Of a DNA stretch of 29,118 nt, positions 7,646 through 15,404 are shown piece by piece. The DNA lies in IMG/VR virus record IMGVR_UViG_3300015615_000735, positions 62,001-91,118 of that record; one strand, 5' to 3'. The notes beneath the pieces are model-generated. The model had not been told where the DNA came from, did not search any database, and was given only the letters and a program-made list of their open reading frames with translations. How positions within the stretch are numbered: the first letter of the stretch is position 1; every line of letters starts with the position of its first letter. This stretch comes from an uncultured virus (IMG/VR IMGVR_UViG_3300015615_000735). Lineage: Duplodnaviria > Heunggongvirae > Uroviricota > Caudoviricetes. Position numbers and translations under genes: made by a program.

Positions 7646-8493
7646 TGGAACCTCAGGCTCGTGATCTGGTTGTACCGAACCCGAAGCGCACGAATGACGG
7701 TCCCGTAGTCGGTCCCGACCGCCGTGGCAAAGCTCGCGCCCGTCGCCGCCGCCGAACTTTCCTCGATGAAGTCGACGAAGTACGCGTACTTGTCGAGCTC
7801 CACGAACGAGTAGATGTTCGTCTCGTAGACGTTGGAGCTTTGCGTTGCACCACCGTTCTCGAAGGCGGCGATGTTGGCGATGCTGGCGGGCACGTCGAGG
7901 AACCCATCGTCGCGATAGAGCCCGTTCCGCGCCGTGTGGAGCGCCTGGACGATGCCGCTCGTGTCGACGCGGACGACTCGGAACTTGGCGAAGTTCGGGA
8001 ACGCGGTGCGGCCCGTGGTGGATACGCTGAATGTCAGCATCACCTCGGCAAGGTTCGACCGATCGTGAGGGAAGAACGGAATCAGCATCCGCCCGCCCTG
8101 GAACCGCGTCTGAATCGCCGTGGCGTTCGACAAGGCAGGAACGGCGTAGCCGAAGGCCTCGGGCGCCGTAGGATGCACGCGGTGGCGAACCGTTCGGTCG
8201 CTTCCGGCATGGCCCGAGACGAGGCGAATGTAGTCGTTCACGTGCCCGGCGCCGTGGCGGATGTGCGAGCCTGCGCTCGTGAGGATCGAACCGTCCAGTG
8301 TCCACGGTCCGGCCGCGACCATGCCGGCGCCACCGATGAAGATCGCCGAAGGGCCGGCCGTGTGGGAACTGCCCTCGTCGCCATTCGCCGCGAGTACGGT
8401 CTTGCGATCGATGTTGCGTAGCGCCGTGGCGATGCCGGGGATCCGACACGTGTACCAATCGACGTCTGGGAATTCTCGGCTAAAAGACGTCAA
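7642..8493 (-). CDS. Distal tail/baseplate protein, paralog 1
   Basis: TTG start overlapping the upstream stop; 283 aa; LRNIDRK..NGDEGS, HDRSNL, YAYFVDFIEE, ends RFQ. Confidence 0.7.
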   Translation of the reverse strand: MTSFSREFPDVDWYTCRIPGIATALRNIDRKTVLAANGDEGSSHTAGPSAIFIGGAGMVAAGPWTLDGSILTSAGSHIRHGAGHVNDYIRLVSGHAGSDRTVRHRVHPTAPEAFGYAVPALSNATAIQTRFQGGRMLIPFFPHDRSNLAEVMLTFSVSTTGRTAFPNFAKFRVVRVDTSGIVQALHTARNGLYRDDGFLDVPASIANIAAFENGGATQSSNVYETNIYSFVELDKYAYFVDFIEESSAAATGASFATAVGTDYGTVIRALRVRYNQITSLRFQ

Positions 8494-9473
8494 GGCACCC
8501 TCGAGAAGTTGTCGGTGGTTACGGCGTCGAGCGATTCCACGTCGAGAGTGATCGAGGCAAAGTATGCCGAGCCGTCAGACGACTCGTGGACGATGCTCCA
8601 CGTGGTCACGCCACGAACGATCGCGCGCACGACCTCGTCGACCTTGCGCCGCGTCTCGGGCCGCTTGGCCGCTGCGATCTTGAGCACGACGAGGATGTGG
8701 CGCCTTGTCGAAAGCTGCATCGGGGTCGACCGGGTGGTCGCGCTCGCACCGATCGGGTGAGGCTTCGTGAACGTTGCAGCGAGGACGCGGGAGGTGCCCT
8801 CGCCCGTCGCCGCCGTCACCGTCACAATCTCGGCCGCACCAGGAATCTCCGCCTCGACGAGGACCTTCTCGCCGACGACGACGAGCTCGTCCGCCTGCGA
8901 CGTGTCCCAGTTCTCGTAGGGCACGGTCGCGACGCCAGAGACGCCGAAGTCCGGCGCCACGCACTCGAGCAAGCGAATCGTCTTCGCCGGGATGTCGACG
9001 CGCGAGTAGTGGCCCGGAGCTCCACCGACCGTCGAAGGCCATCGCTCCGTGTCCGCCTGAGGCGCCACGTAGAGCGCAACGAAGTCGGAACCGAGGAGCG
9101 TCCGCAGAGCCGTCGTAATCGCCTCGTCGCGCGACCCGCGCGCGGCCAGGTTCTTCGCGGCGAGGATGGCCCGTCGCTCGGCGATCGTGGCGTCCTTCGG
9201 GGGCGAGACGACGAACGCCGCCTCGTGCTGGGGAAGCTTCTCGGTCGCGGTCTCGGGCGCGAGGTTCAGGCTCGCGCGCTCGAGCGAACGACGCGCGCTC
9301 GCGATGGCGATCGCGTCGGCGAAGTTCGTCGCCTCCATGTCCGTACCCTCGGAGACGTCGAACGCGGTCCCGCCCCCGGTCGCGGCATTCAGCGCGCGAT
9401 AGACGGTCTCGGCCATCGGCTCGTCACCCGTGAATTGGGCGAGGCCGAAGCCGTTGAAGGCGGAGAAGCGCAT
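8490..9473 (-). CDS. Baseplate wedge protein, Mu gp48/YmfQ (DUF2313)-like
   Basis: PETATEKLPQHEAAF...ATIAERRAILAAK motif; lies downstream of baseplate J. Confidence 0.75.
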   Translation of the reverse strand: MRFSAFNGFGLAQFTGDEPMAETVYRALNAATGGGTAFDVSEGTDMEATNFADAIAIASARRSLERASLNLAPETATEKLPQHEAAFVVSPPKDATIAERRAILAAKNLAARGSRDEAITTALRTLLGSDFVALYVAPQADTERWPSTVGGAPGHYSRVDIPAKTIRLLECVAPDFGVSGVATVPYENWDTSQADELVVVGEKVLVEAEIPGAAEIVTVTAATGEGTSRVLAATFTKPHPIGASATTRSTPMQLSTRRHILVVLKIAAAKRPETRRKVDEVVRAIVRGVTTWSIVHESSDGSAYFASITLDVESLDAVTTDNFSRVP

Positions 9474-9480
9474 GCGAACC

Positions 9481-9981
9481 TCAGAGGATGTCGACGACGA
9501 AGTTGCAGTCCGTGCCCGTGGCGCCGAGCTTCGACTTCACGCGGACCGCAGGGCTGTTGGCCGCTGGAACGGCGGCAGTCGTGTAGAGCGCGCGGAGTCG
9601 GTCGATCTCGGTGTCATCGGTTTGCGTGAGCCCACCTGGCGCCGCCGCGCGAGTCGGCAGGAGCGCGACGGGCCACGAAATGGTCGTGTCGCCGGCAGCG
9701 TTGTCGGTCACCGTGAACGAGGACGTCGTCACCGCCGAGCCCGGCGCCATGACCGAGGTCACCGCGGGGACGCCACCGGAAATGGTCACGAAGACGCGAG
9801 CGAGCGGAATCATCGAGCCCGCGGCAACGCCCTGCTGACCAAGCTGGTTGTAGTCCTCGGCCGTCGCATCCCTCACAGGGTCGGGCGCGGGAGTGCGGTT
9901 GGTCTTCAGCCCGCCGCCGACGTCGTCGATGGTGGGCCGACGCGGCGGCGTCTGGTCGAACGTGCGGGTGCTGGACGGCAT
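9481..9981 (-). CDS. Hypothetical baseplate-associated structural protein
   Basis: 166 aa, Thr/Ala/Val-rich; ATAEDYNQL resembles fibre-anchor motifs; TGAGG-coupled on both sides. Confidence 0.6.
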   Translation of the reverse strand: MPSSTRTFDQTPPRRPTIDDVGGGLKTNRTPAPDPVRDATAEDYNQLGQQGVAAGSMIPLARVFVTISGGVPAVTSVMAPGSAVTTSSFTVTDNAAGDTTISWPVALLPTRAAAPGGLTQTDDTEIDRLRALYTTAAVPAANSPAVRVKSKLGATGTDCNFVVDIL

Positions 9982-9987
9982 AGGACC

Positions 9988-11484
9988 TCAGACGGCGAAG
10001 ACGGACAGCTTGCCGAGGACGAGGAGGTTGACGCTCACGCCAGGCGTTCCGACCGGCGTAGAGAACGGGATGGCCGGGTCGGCGATGAGCACCGACGACG
10101 TGCTCGTGATCTCGTCGAGCGCGCGGAACGACTTCGAGGAAAGCTCCGAGGGCCACACCGGCGCGGCCGGGGAGCGCTTCTGTCGGAGTCCTTCGTCGAA
10201 GAACGGATCGAACATCTCGCCAGGGCCGAGGCCGGCGAAGGCCTCGAGCACCGGCTCCACGAGCCCGTCGAGCGACTCCGAGTAGGGACACGGGATGTCG
10301 CCGATCGCGGGCACGTAGTCGAGATCGGACGAGCCGTTCGACGAGTCGCAAACGATGCCGATCGTGAACGGGTCGACGACGCTCGACGAAAGCACCCGCT
10401 TGCGCTTGAAGGTCTTCGAGATGGGGTCGAAGAACGCGAAGGTCGAGCCCACCTGCGGCGCAACCGGGACCGTCGGGGTGTAGACCTCGAAGTTCAGCGC
10501 GTCGGTGACGGACGAGACGACCATCGTGTTGATGCCGCCACCGACGTACGGGGGCCACTGCACCGCATCGATCCAGCCGACCGTTCCGGCGGACCACCGC
10601 ACGCGCAGCATGAGATTCGTCGCGACCTCGAGAATCTGGCAGTCGATGACGTTGTCGTCCTTGGGCAGCTTGCCGACCACGTAGGCGCGCGTGGCGGCCA
10701 TCTGGACGGCGTTCGGCGAGCGCGAGGCTCCTGCCGTCGCAGGCGCGAGCGTGAACGCGTAGGCGGTCGTTCCTGGGCCGTAGAGGCCCGGGTACGTGAA
10801 CACCGCCTGGACGGGCACGCCCGGCGTCTGCGCGACGAAGCGCTGAATCTCAGCGTCGTTGCCGGCGGCGGGAGGGACGGCCTTCGCCGCCTTGATGCGA
10901 TCGACGACCTCGGAGTTTGTCTCCTCGCCGCGCCCGCCTTCGAGGCCGAGGCCGTTGGGCAGGGCGAAGACCGTGGCCTTGCCGTTCGCGCCTGGGCGCT
11001 TCGACGTCCACGTGAGGACGGTGCCCGCCGCGAGGTTCGTCTGGTCGCCGGTGTCGATACCTTCGATCGGCACCTCCTCGCCATCGAAGTAGCGCTTGGT
11101 CGCGACGCACTGGAAGCGGAGCCCGGTCTGGGGGTCGCGAAGCTCGTCGCCCTCGAAGATGGTCGCGCCGCCGGCGCTCGTCGTGATGGTGACGTAGCCC
11201 GAGCCGCCGATGGCGGGAAAGCGCGGAGGCGCGCCAATGCGGGCAAGCTCCGCGTCGAGGCCCTCGGTCGACTTGTCCTCGAGCCCGACGTCGTTCGCGA
11301 TGCTCGCCGCGTTCGCGTAGACCGGAAGCAGCGTGTCCGCGATGACGTTGGCGCGAATGAACGCGAGCGAACCATCGCCCACGCGCGCGGCGGGCTGGCG
11401 AAACTTGAAGTCGCGCTGGTACTGCTCGACGATCTGGTCACGCGTGGGCGTGAAGAAGTCGCCAGTGAGGGTTTCACCCGCCAT
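9988..11484 (-). CDS. Baseplate J / Mu gp47-like wedge protein
   Basis: LDAELARIG..R.PAIGGSGYV, GDQTNLAAGTVL, GGRGEETNSEVVDRI..PPAAGN, GPGT motifs; 498 aa. Confidence 0.9.
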   Translation of the reverse strand: MAGETLTGDFFTPTRDQIVEQYQRDFKFRQPAARVGDGSLAFIRANVIADTLLPVYANAASIANDVGLEDKSTEGLDAELARIGAPPRFPAIGGSGYVTITTSAGGATIFEGDELRDPQTGLRFQCVATKRYFDGEEVPIEGIDTGDQTNLAAGTVLTWTSKRPGANGKATVFALPNGLGLEGGRGEETNSEVVDRIKAAKAVPPAAGNDAEIQRFVAQTPGVPVQAVFTYPGLYGPGTTAYAFTLAPATAGASRSPNAVQMAATRAYVVGKLPKDDNVIDCQILEVATNLMLRVRWSAGTVGWIDAVQWPPYVGGGINTMVVSSVTDALNFEVYTPTVPVAPQVGSTFAFFDPISKTFKRKRVLSSSVVDPFTIGIVCDSSNGSSDLDYVPAIGDIPCPYSESLDGLVEPVLEAFAGLGPGEMFDPFFDEGLRQKRSPAAPVWPSELSSKSFRALDEITSTSSVLIADPAIPFSTPVGTPGVSVNLLVLGKLSVFAV

Positions 11485-11932
11485 TGAAGGAACTCCTCAG
11501 AATCACGGGCCGCGACGCCGGGTCGCGAAGGTTTGCAATCTCGGTGTCCATCGCGACGCGAGTCGGGTAAGCGATCGCCGTCACGCGAATCACGCGCACG
11601 TCGCCAGCATCGATGAGCCGCTTGAGCGCGACGTTGACCTCGTCGGTCGCCACCTGCGGCACATCCTCGCGACGAGCCTGGAGGATGCGTTTGACGTTCA
11701 GTCCGACCGTGGGCGCCGCTGGAATCGAGCCGAGCACCACGCCGATCGCGAGCGAGGCTTCCTGGATGACGGGGTGAGCCGTCGCGAGGTCACCGTTCGC
11801 GAGGATCGGAAGACCGCGAATCGCGGGGTCGTAGTACGGAATCGCCGCAGTCGCGGTCGAGCGCACGGTGGGCGCGCCGACGGGCGCAAAGCCGCAAGGC
11901 CCCACGCCGCAGGGATGATCGCCAATGCCCAT
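11474..11932 (-). CDS. Baseplate sheath-initiator, Mu gp46/gp25-like
   Basis: 152 aa directly before J; GSIPAAPTVGL...EVNVALKRLIDAGDVRVI. Confidence 0.7.
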   Translation of the reverse strand: MGIGDHPCGVGPCGFAPVGAPTVRSTATAAIPYYDPAIRGLPILANGDLATAHPVIQEASLAIGVVLGSIPAAPTVGLNVKRILQARREDVPQVATDEVNVALKRLIDAGDVRVIRVTAIAYPTRVAMDTEIANLRDPASRPVILRSSFNGG

Positions 11933-11939
11933 AGGAACC

Positions 11940-12311
11940 TCAGTCGTCGAAGGGACAGGCGGGCGGATCCGGTATGCTCGGCAGTGCCGGCGCCTGCGGA
12001 ATCTTCACCTTTGGTGAAGGGAATGGCAGCGACATCGAGCCGGACAGATTCAGCAGTGCGCTCGGAGAAAGGCCTAGATCTGGGTCCGGAGGATCCGGGA
12101 TGGGAGGCAGACCGGGCACTGACGGAATCTTGACTTTGGGCGATGGGAACGGAAGCGAAAGCCCACCACTCGGGCCCGGCGAAAGCCCCGAAAGACCGAG
12201 GTCTGGGTCGGGAGGATCGGGGATGGGCGGTAGCCCGGGAATGTTTGGAAGTTTGAGCTTTGGCGCGGGGAACGGGATGGTCAGGTCGGGCCTTGGGAAT
12301 CCGCAGCTCAT
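11940..12311 (-). CDS. Proline-rich tandem-repeat protein with one Cys near each terminus
   Basis: 123 aa; about 2.6 copies of a 41-42 aa unit (LPFPSPKVKIP..PGLPPIPDPPDPDLGLS); ATGA-coupled to the spike gene and TGAGG-coupled to the next gene; repeat differences are largely at third codon positions. Confidence 0.8.
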   Translation of the reverse strand: MSCGFPRPDLTIPFPAPKLKLPNIPGLPPIPDPPDPDLGLSGLSPGPSGGLSLPFPSPKVKIPSVPGLPPIPDPPDPDLGLSPSALLNLSGSMSLPFPSPKVKIPQAPALPSIPDPPACPFDD

Positions 12312-13093
12312 GACGACTTCAGGTGCGACGTCTCGGCCGCCTCCTTCAGCGCCGCGAATGGCGGGACTACCTGGCCAAGCGTCTTGAGGGCCCCCTCGAG
12401 CGCCGCGAAATACGCGGCCATGGGGGTGGCTTTCAGCAGCGCATCGCCAGCCCCAATCATCCCAACCCCGAGCGCGCCCTGAATGGACGTGTCCCCGGCG
12501 AGGGTAAGACCGTCGTCATTGGCCTCAAGGTAGGCGTTGCCTTCGGCATTCCGGAACACGGCCGACCGCTTTCCGCCCGAGACCATCTGGAGGCCCATGC
12601 CGTCGCCGTGTTTCAGCGAGACGGCCTCCTTGCCGTCCGTGCGAACGTCGAACTGGAGGAAGTGCGCCTTGCTCACGTACTTCGCCGACACCGTCCACGA
12701 GCCCGCGCGCGTCGTGCTCTCGGGGTCGTCGGGCTTGCCGTCGAACAGCGAGAACGTGCCTGGAGCCGCGGGGCAGTACGTGAGGTATCCGCCCTTCTTG
12801 AGCGGCGGGAGCGAGGCCGTTTGCCTCGGGTCATTCAGCGGCAAGGCGTAGAGGTCATCGCCCACCGTCATCAGCAAAACCTCGCTGGCGAGCTCGGGCG
12901 AGCCGTCGTTCGCCTGGTCCGCGTCGAGCGGTCGCGCGATGGTGCCGAGTGGCGAGATCGCAACGGCAGGCTTCGCACCCGCCTCTTCCTCGCCGTAGCT
13001 GTCGAGGCTCAGCTCGAGGTGCTTGTCGTCGTCGTACGACGAGAGCAGCACGAGGCCGAAGTCCATGTGAAAGTGGTCGTCGTGCCGAGGCAT
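12308..13093 (-). CDS. Baseplate central spike, Mu gp45/P2 gpV-like
   Basis: Follows the hub; N-terminal PLGTIARP..EVLLMTVGD..NDPR..LKKGG pattern, then beta-repeat-like strands; 261 aa. Confidence 0.7.
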   Translation of the reverse strand: MPRHDDHFHMDFGLVLLSSYDDDKHLELSLDSYGEEEAGAKPAVAISPLGTIARPLDADQANDGSPELASEVLLMTVGDDLYALPLNDPRQTASLPPLKKGGYLTYCPAAPGTFSLFDGKPDDPESTTRAGSWTVSAKYVSKAHFLQFDVRTDGKEAVSLKHGDGMGLQMVSGGKRSAVFRNAEGNAYLEANDDGLTLAGDTSIQGALGVGMIGAGDALLKATPMAAYFAALEGALKTLGQVVPPFAALKEAAETSHLKSS

Positions 13094-14488
13094 TTACTTT
13101 TTCCTCCGGCGCTTGCGAACGCGTCCGCTCTTGGCCTTCGCGACCTGCTCGACGATCGTCGGGTCCTTCTCGAAGAAGCAGTCAGCGAGCCGCATGAACG
13201 TCACCTTCGTGATCGTCGGTGGGCACGAGTACTCGACCGCCTCGACGTAGAAGAGCCCGTTGATTCCAAGCTCGTCGTCCTTGATGGCCGCGACCGTGTC
13301 CGGCGTGATGACCGCGCGCTTACCGTCCGGCGTTGGCGCCGTGTGGCCCTGCAACGTGTACGTGAGGTGCCACGATGCACGGTTGATCTCGGCGAGCTTC
13401 GCGCGTGCGTACTTGACCGCCTGCGCCTCGTCCTGGACGTTGACGTCGCGGAAGGCGCGCGTGCGCGTGATGCCCAGCGCGGCCATCTCCTCGTCGACAA
13501 ACTCGCCACGAAGCTTGCCGCGACCGTCCTTCTTGCCGGGCCGCCGCGAGTAGACGACGACCTTCGATGCGCGTTTCGTCGTGTCGTTCTTGAACTCGTG
13601 CGCGAGGACGTTGACCGCGTTGCGAAGCTGCCCGCGCTGGCGGATGAACTGGTACGTCGGTGGCTGGAGGACGTTCGGCGCGCTGATGACGACGGAGCCA
13701 TCGGCCGCCGTCCAAAGCATCAGCCCGCCCTTGTCGAGGTGCCTCCGGAGGAAGTCGAGGCACTTCTCGCCCATCTTGGCGTGGACGGTGTACGTGGTCG
13801 GAACGCCGGGAATCCCAGGGATGATCTCTGGGCCCTTCGGCGTCTGTCGCGTGCGAACCGGAGTGATGTCGTCGTTCTTCTCGGTCTCGACGACGTTGCG
13901 CCCGCCGCGCTCGGTCAGGATGCCCTGACCACGACCCTGCGGCTGTTGCGACCCGGCCGGTGCCGGACCTCCGCCCACCTTGGGCGGCACGCCGGCTTTG
14001 CCCGGCTTCGTGACGACCCCGACGCCCGAGCGAATGCGTACGTTCGCGTCGTTGCTCGCGAGGATGTCCGTGTCCTCGAGCCCGCCCGCGGCGACGTCCA
14101 TGACGCCCGCGACAAGCTCCGCGTACGACACGTTGACGAACGAGATGTCGTACTCGAACTCGGCATCGAGAAGCTTCGCTAGGAGGTCGCGACCACCGAG
14201 CGTGACCGAGGTTCCGTTGCCGTCGCCCGCCGATGCGTGGTTGTCGGTGTCGCCGGTGAACGCGAGACACGGACCGATCGCAAGCTGGAACGGGGTGCCC
14301 GGCGGGTAGCGTTTGAAAAGCTCGACGGGCTCCTCGAGTCCGCCGAGTCGAACGGAGAAGACGGCGGGCTGCTGGAGCACCGCCATCTTGACCGAGTAGT
14401 TCTCGAAGATCCGGGTCTCGAATCCCTTGAACACCACGCGCACGCGGTCGTCGATCTCGCCATTCGGCTTGACCTCGAAGTCGACCAT
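13094..14488 (-). CDS. Baseplate hub, Mu gpP (gp44)-like
   Basis: FENYSVKM, FTGDTD, VTLGGRDLLAKLLD, GEKCLDFLRR..GLMLW..DGSVVI, DDELGINGLFYVEAVEY. Confidence 0.85.
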   Translation of the reverse strand: MVDFEVKPNGEIDDRVRVVFKGFETRIFENYSVKMAVLQQPAVFSVRLGGLEEPVELFKRYPPGTPFQLAIGPCLAFTGDTDNHASAGDGNGTSVTLGGRDLLAKLLDAEFEYDISFVNVSYAELVAGVMDVAAGGLEDTDILASNDANVRIRSGVGVVTKPGKAGVPPKVGGGPAPAGSQQPQGRGQGILTERGGRNVVETEKNDDITPVRTRQTPKGPEIIPGIPGVPTTYTVHAKMGEKCLDFLRRHLDKGGLMLWTAADGSVVISAPNVLQPPTYQFIRQRGQLRNAVNVLAHEFKNDTTKRASKVVVYSRRPGKKDGRGKLRGEFVDEEMAALGITRTRAFRDVNVQDEAQAVKYARAKLAEINRASWHLTYTLQGHTAPTPDGKRAVITPDTVAAIKDDELGINGLFYVEAVEYSCPPTITKVTFMRLADCFFEKDPTIVEQVAKAKSGRVRKRRRKK

Positions 14489-14498
14489 GTGGGCCTCG

Positions 14499-15404
14499 TT
14501 ACGCTGCGGGATAGAGCACTTGCGTGCCTGAGGGGATCTTGAACGAGTCGGGGAACGCGTTCATGCGGAGGAGGTCCTGCACGCGCTCGGTCGTGCCGTA
14601 GATGGCCGACGAGACGGCGCCGATCGCCATCATCTGCGGAGTCACGTAGACGAGGGTTTTCGACGCTGGCGTGAACAGGCTCTCGCCCACGTCGTTCGCC
14701 GCGTTCCAGAGGTTCCGGACCGCGGTGTCGACGCCGACGGAACCAGCCGACCCCGCGAACTCGACGACCGATTCCACTTGTTGGCAGAGGTCCTTCACGC
14801 GCTCGACCTTGTCGCTCAGGAGTTGCGCCTGGGCCTGCGCTTGGTCCTTTAGCGCGACGACCGAGCCGACCGCGTCGCCGATCTGCTCGAAGATGCCGGG
14901 CTTGCGCCGGAGGCCACGGAATTCGAGGAGCGCGAGTTGCGCGTCGAGCGCGCTCATCGCCTCGTCGAGCGAGTTGACCGCGAGCTCCGCCTCGTTCCCG
15001 CCGAGCGATGCGCCTTCGTCGTCCTCGCAAAACTCGAGGTCGACCTTCTCGCCGTCGAGCGCGTTGGCCGCGACGAACTTCTGCGTCCACGACGTCGGGA
15101 ACGCGCGGATGGTGCCGATGGTCGGGACGACGAGATCCTTCGTCTCGCCCGTCTCCATCAGTTCACGAAGGCGCTTGAGGCCAGCGGGCCAGAGGTCGGG
15201 GTAGTTGACCGACGCCGGGCCGGTCAATTCGTGAAACCACGCCGAGACGCGGATGACGTACAGCTTCCGACCCAGCTTCTCGGGCTGCCCACCGGGCGAG
15301 TGGGGGTACTCGTGGATGTGATAGCGCTGCGAGCCGTTGACGGTGACCTCCGTCGTCGGGAACGCGATGCCCCCGAAGCTCATGCGCGAGAGTGTGATCG
15401 CCAT
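14499..15404 (-). CDS. Mu gpN-like DNA-circularisation/tube-initiator protein with C-terminal LysM-like domain
   Basis: Start MAITLSRMSFGGIAF; HEYPH..EKLGRK (DNA_circ_N-like); C-terminal IYGTTERVQDLLRMN..IPSGTQV; 301 aa. Confidence 0.85.
   Translation of the reverse strand: MAITLSRMSFGGIAFPTTEVTVNGSQRYHIHEYPHSPGGQPEKLGRKLYVIRVSAWFHELTGPASVNYPDLWPAGLKRLRELMETGETKDLVVPTIGTIRAFPTSWTQKFVAANALDGEKVDLEFCEDDEGASLGGNEAELAVNSLDEAMSALDAQLALLEFRGLRRKPGIFEQIGDAVGSVVALKDQAQAQAQLLSDKVERVKDLCQQVESVVEFAGSAGSVGVDTAVRNLWNAANDVGESLFTPASKTLVYVTPQMMAIGAVSSAIYGTTERVQDLLRMNAFPDSFKIPSGTQVLYPAA

Noticed and set aside
1118..8493. Mu G-segment-like invertible tail-fibre cassette
   Set aside because: No invertase gene and no flanking inverted repeats noticed by eye; the plus-strand genes are not fibre alleles.
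11960..12290. ~123-nt DNA repeats as a CRISPR array or DGR template/variable repeat
   Set aside because: Differences are largely synonymous within a coding repeat; no spacers, no adenine-specific pattern, and no cas or reverse transcriptase gene in the window.
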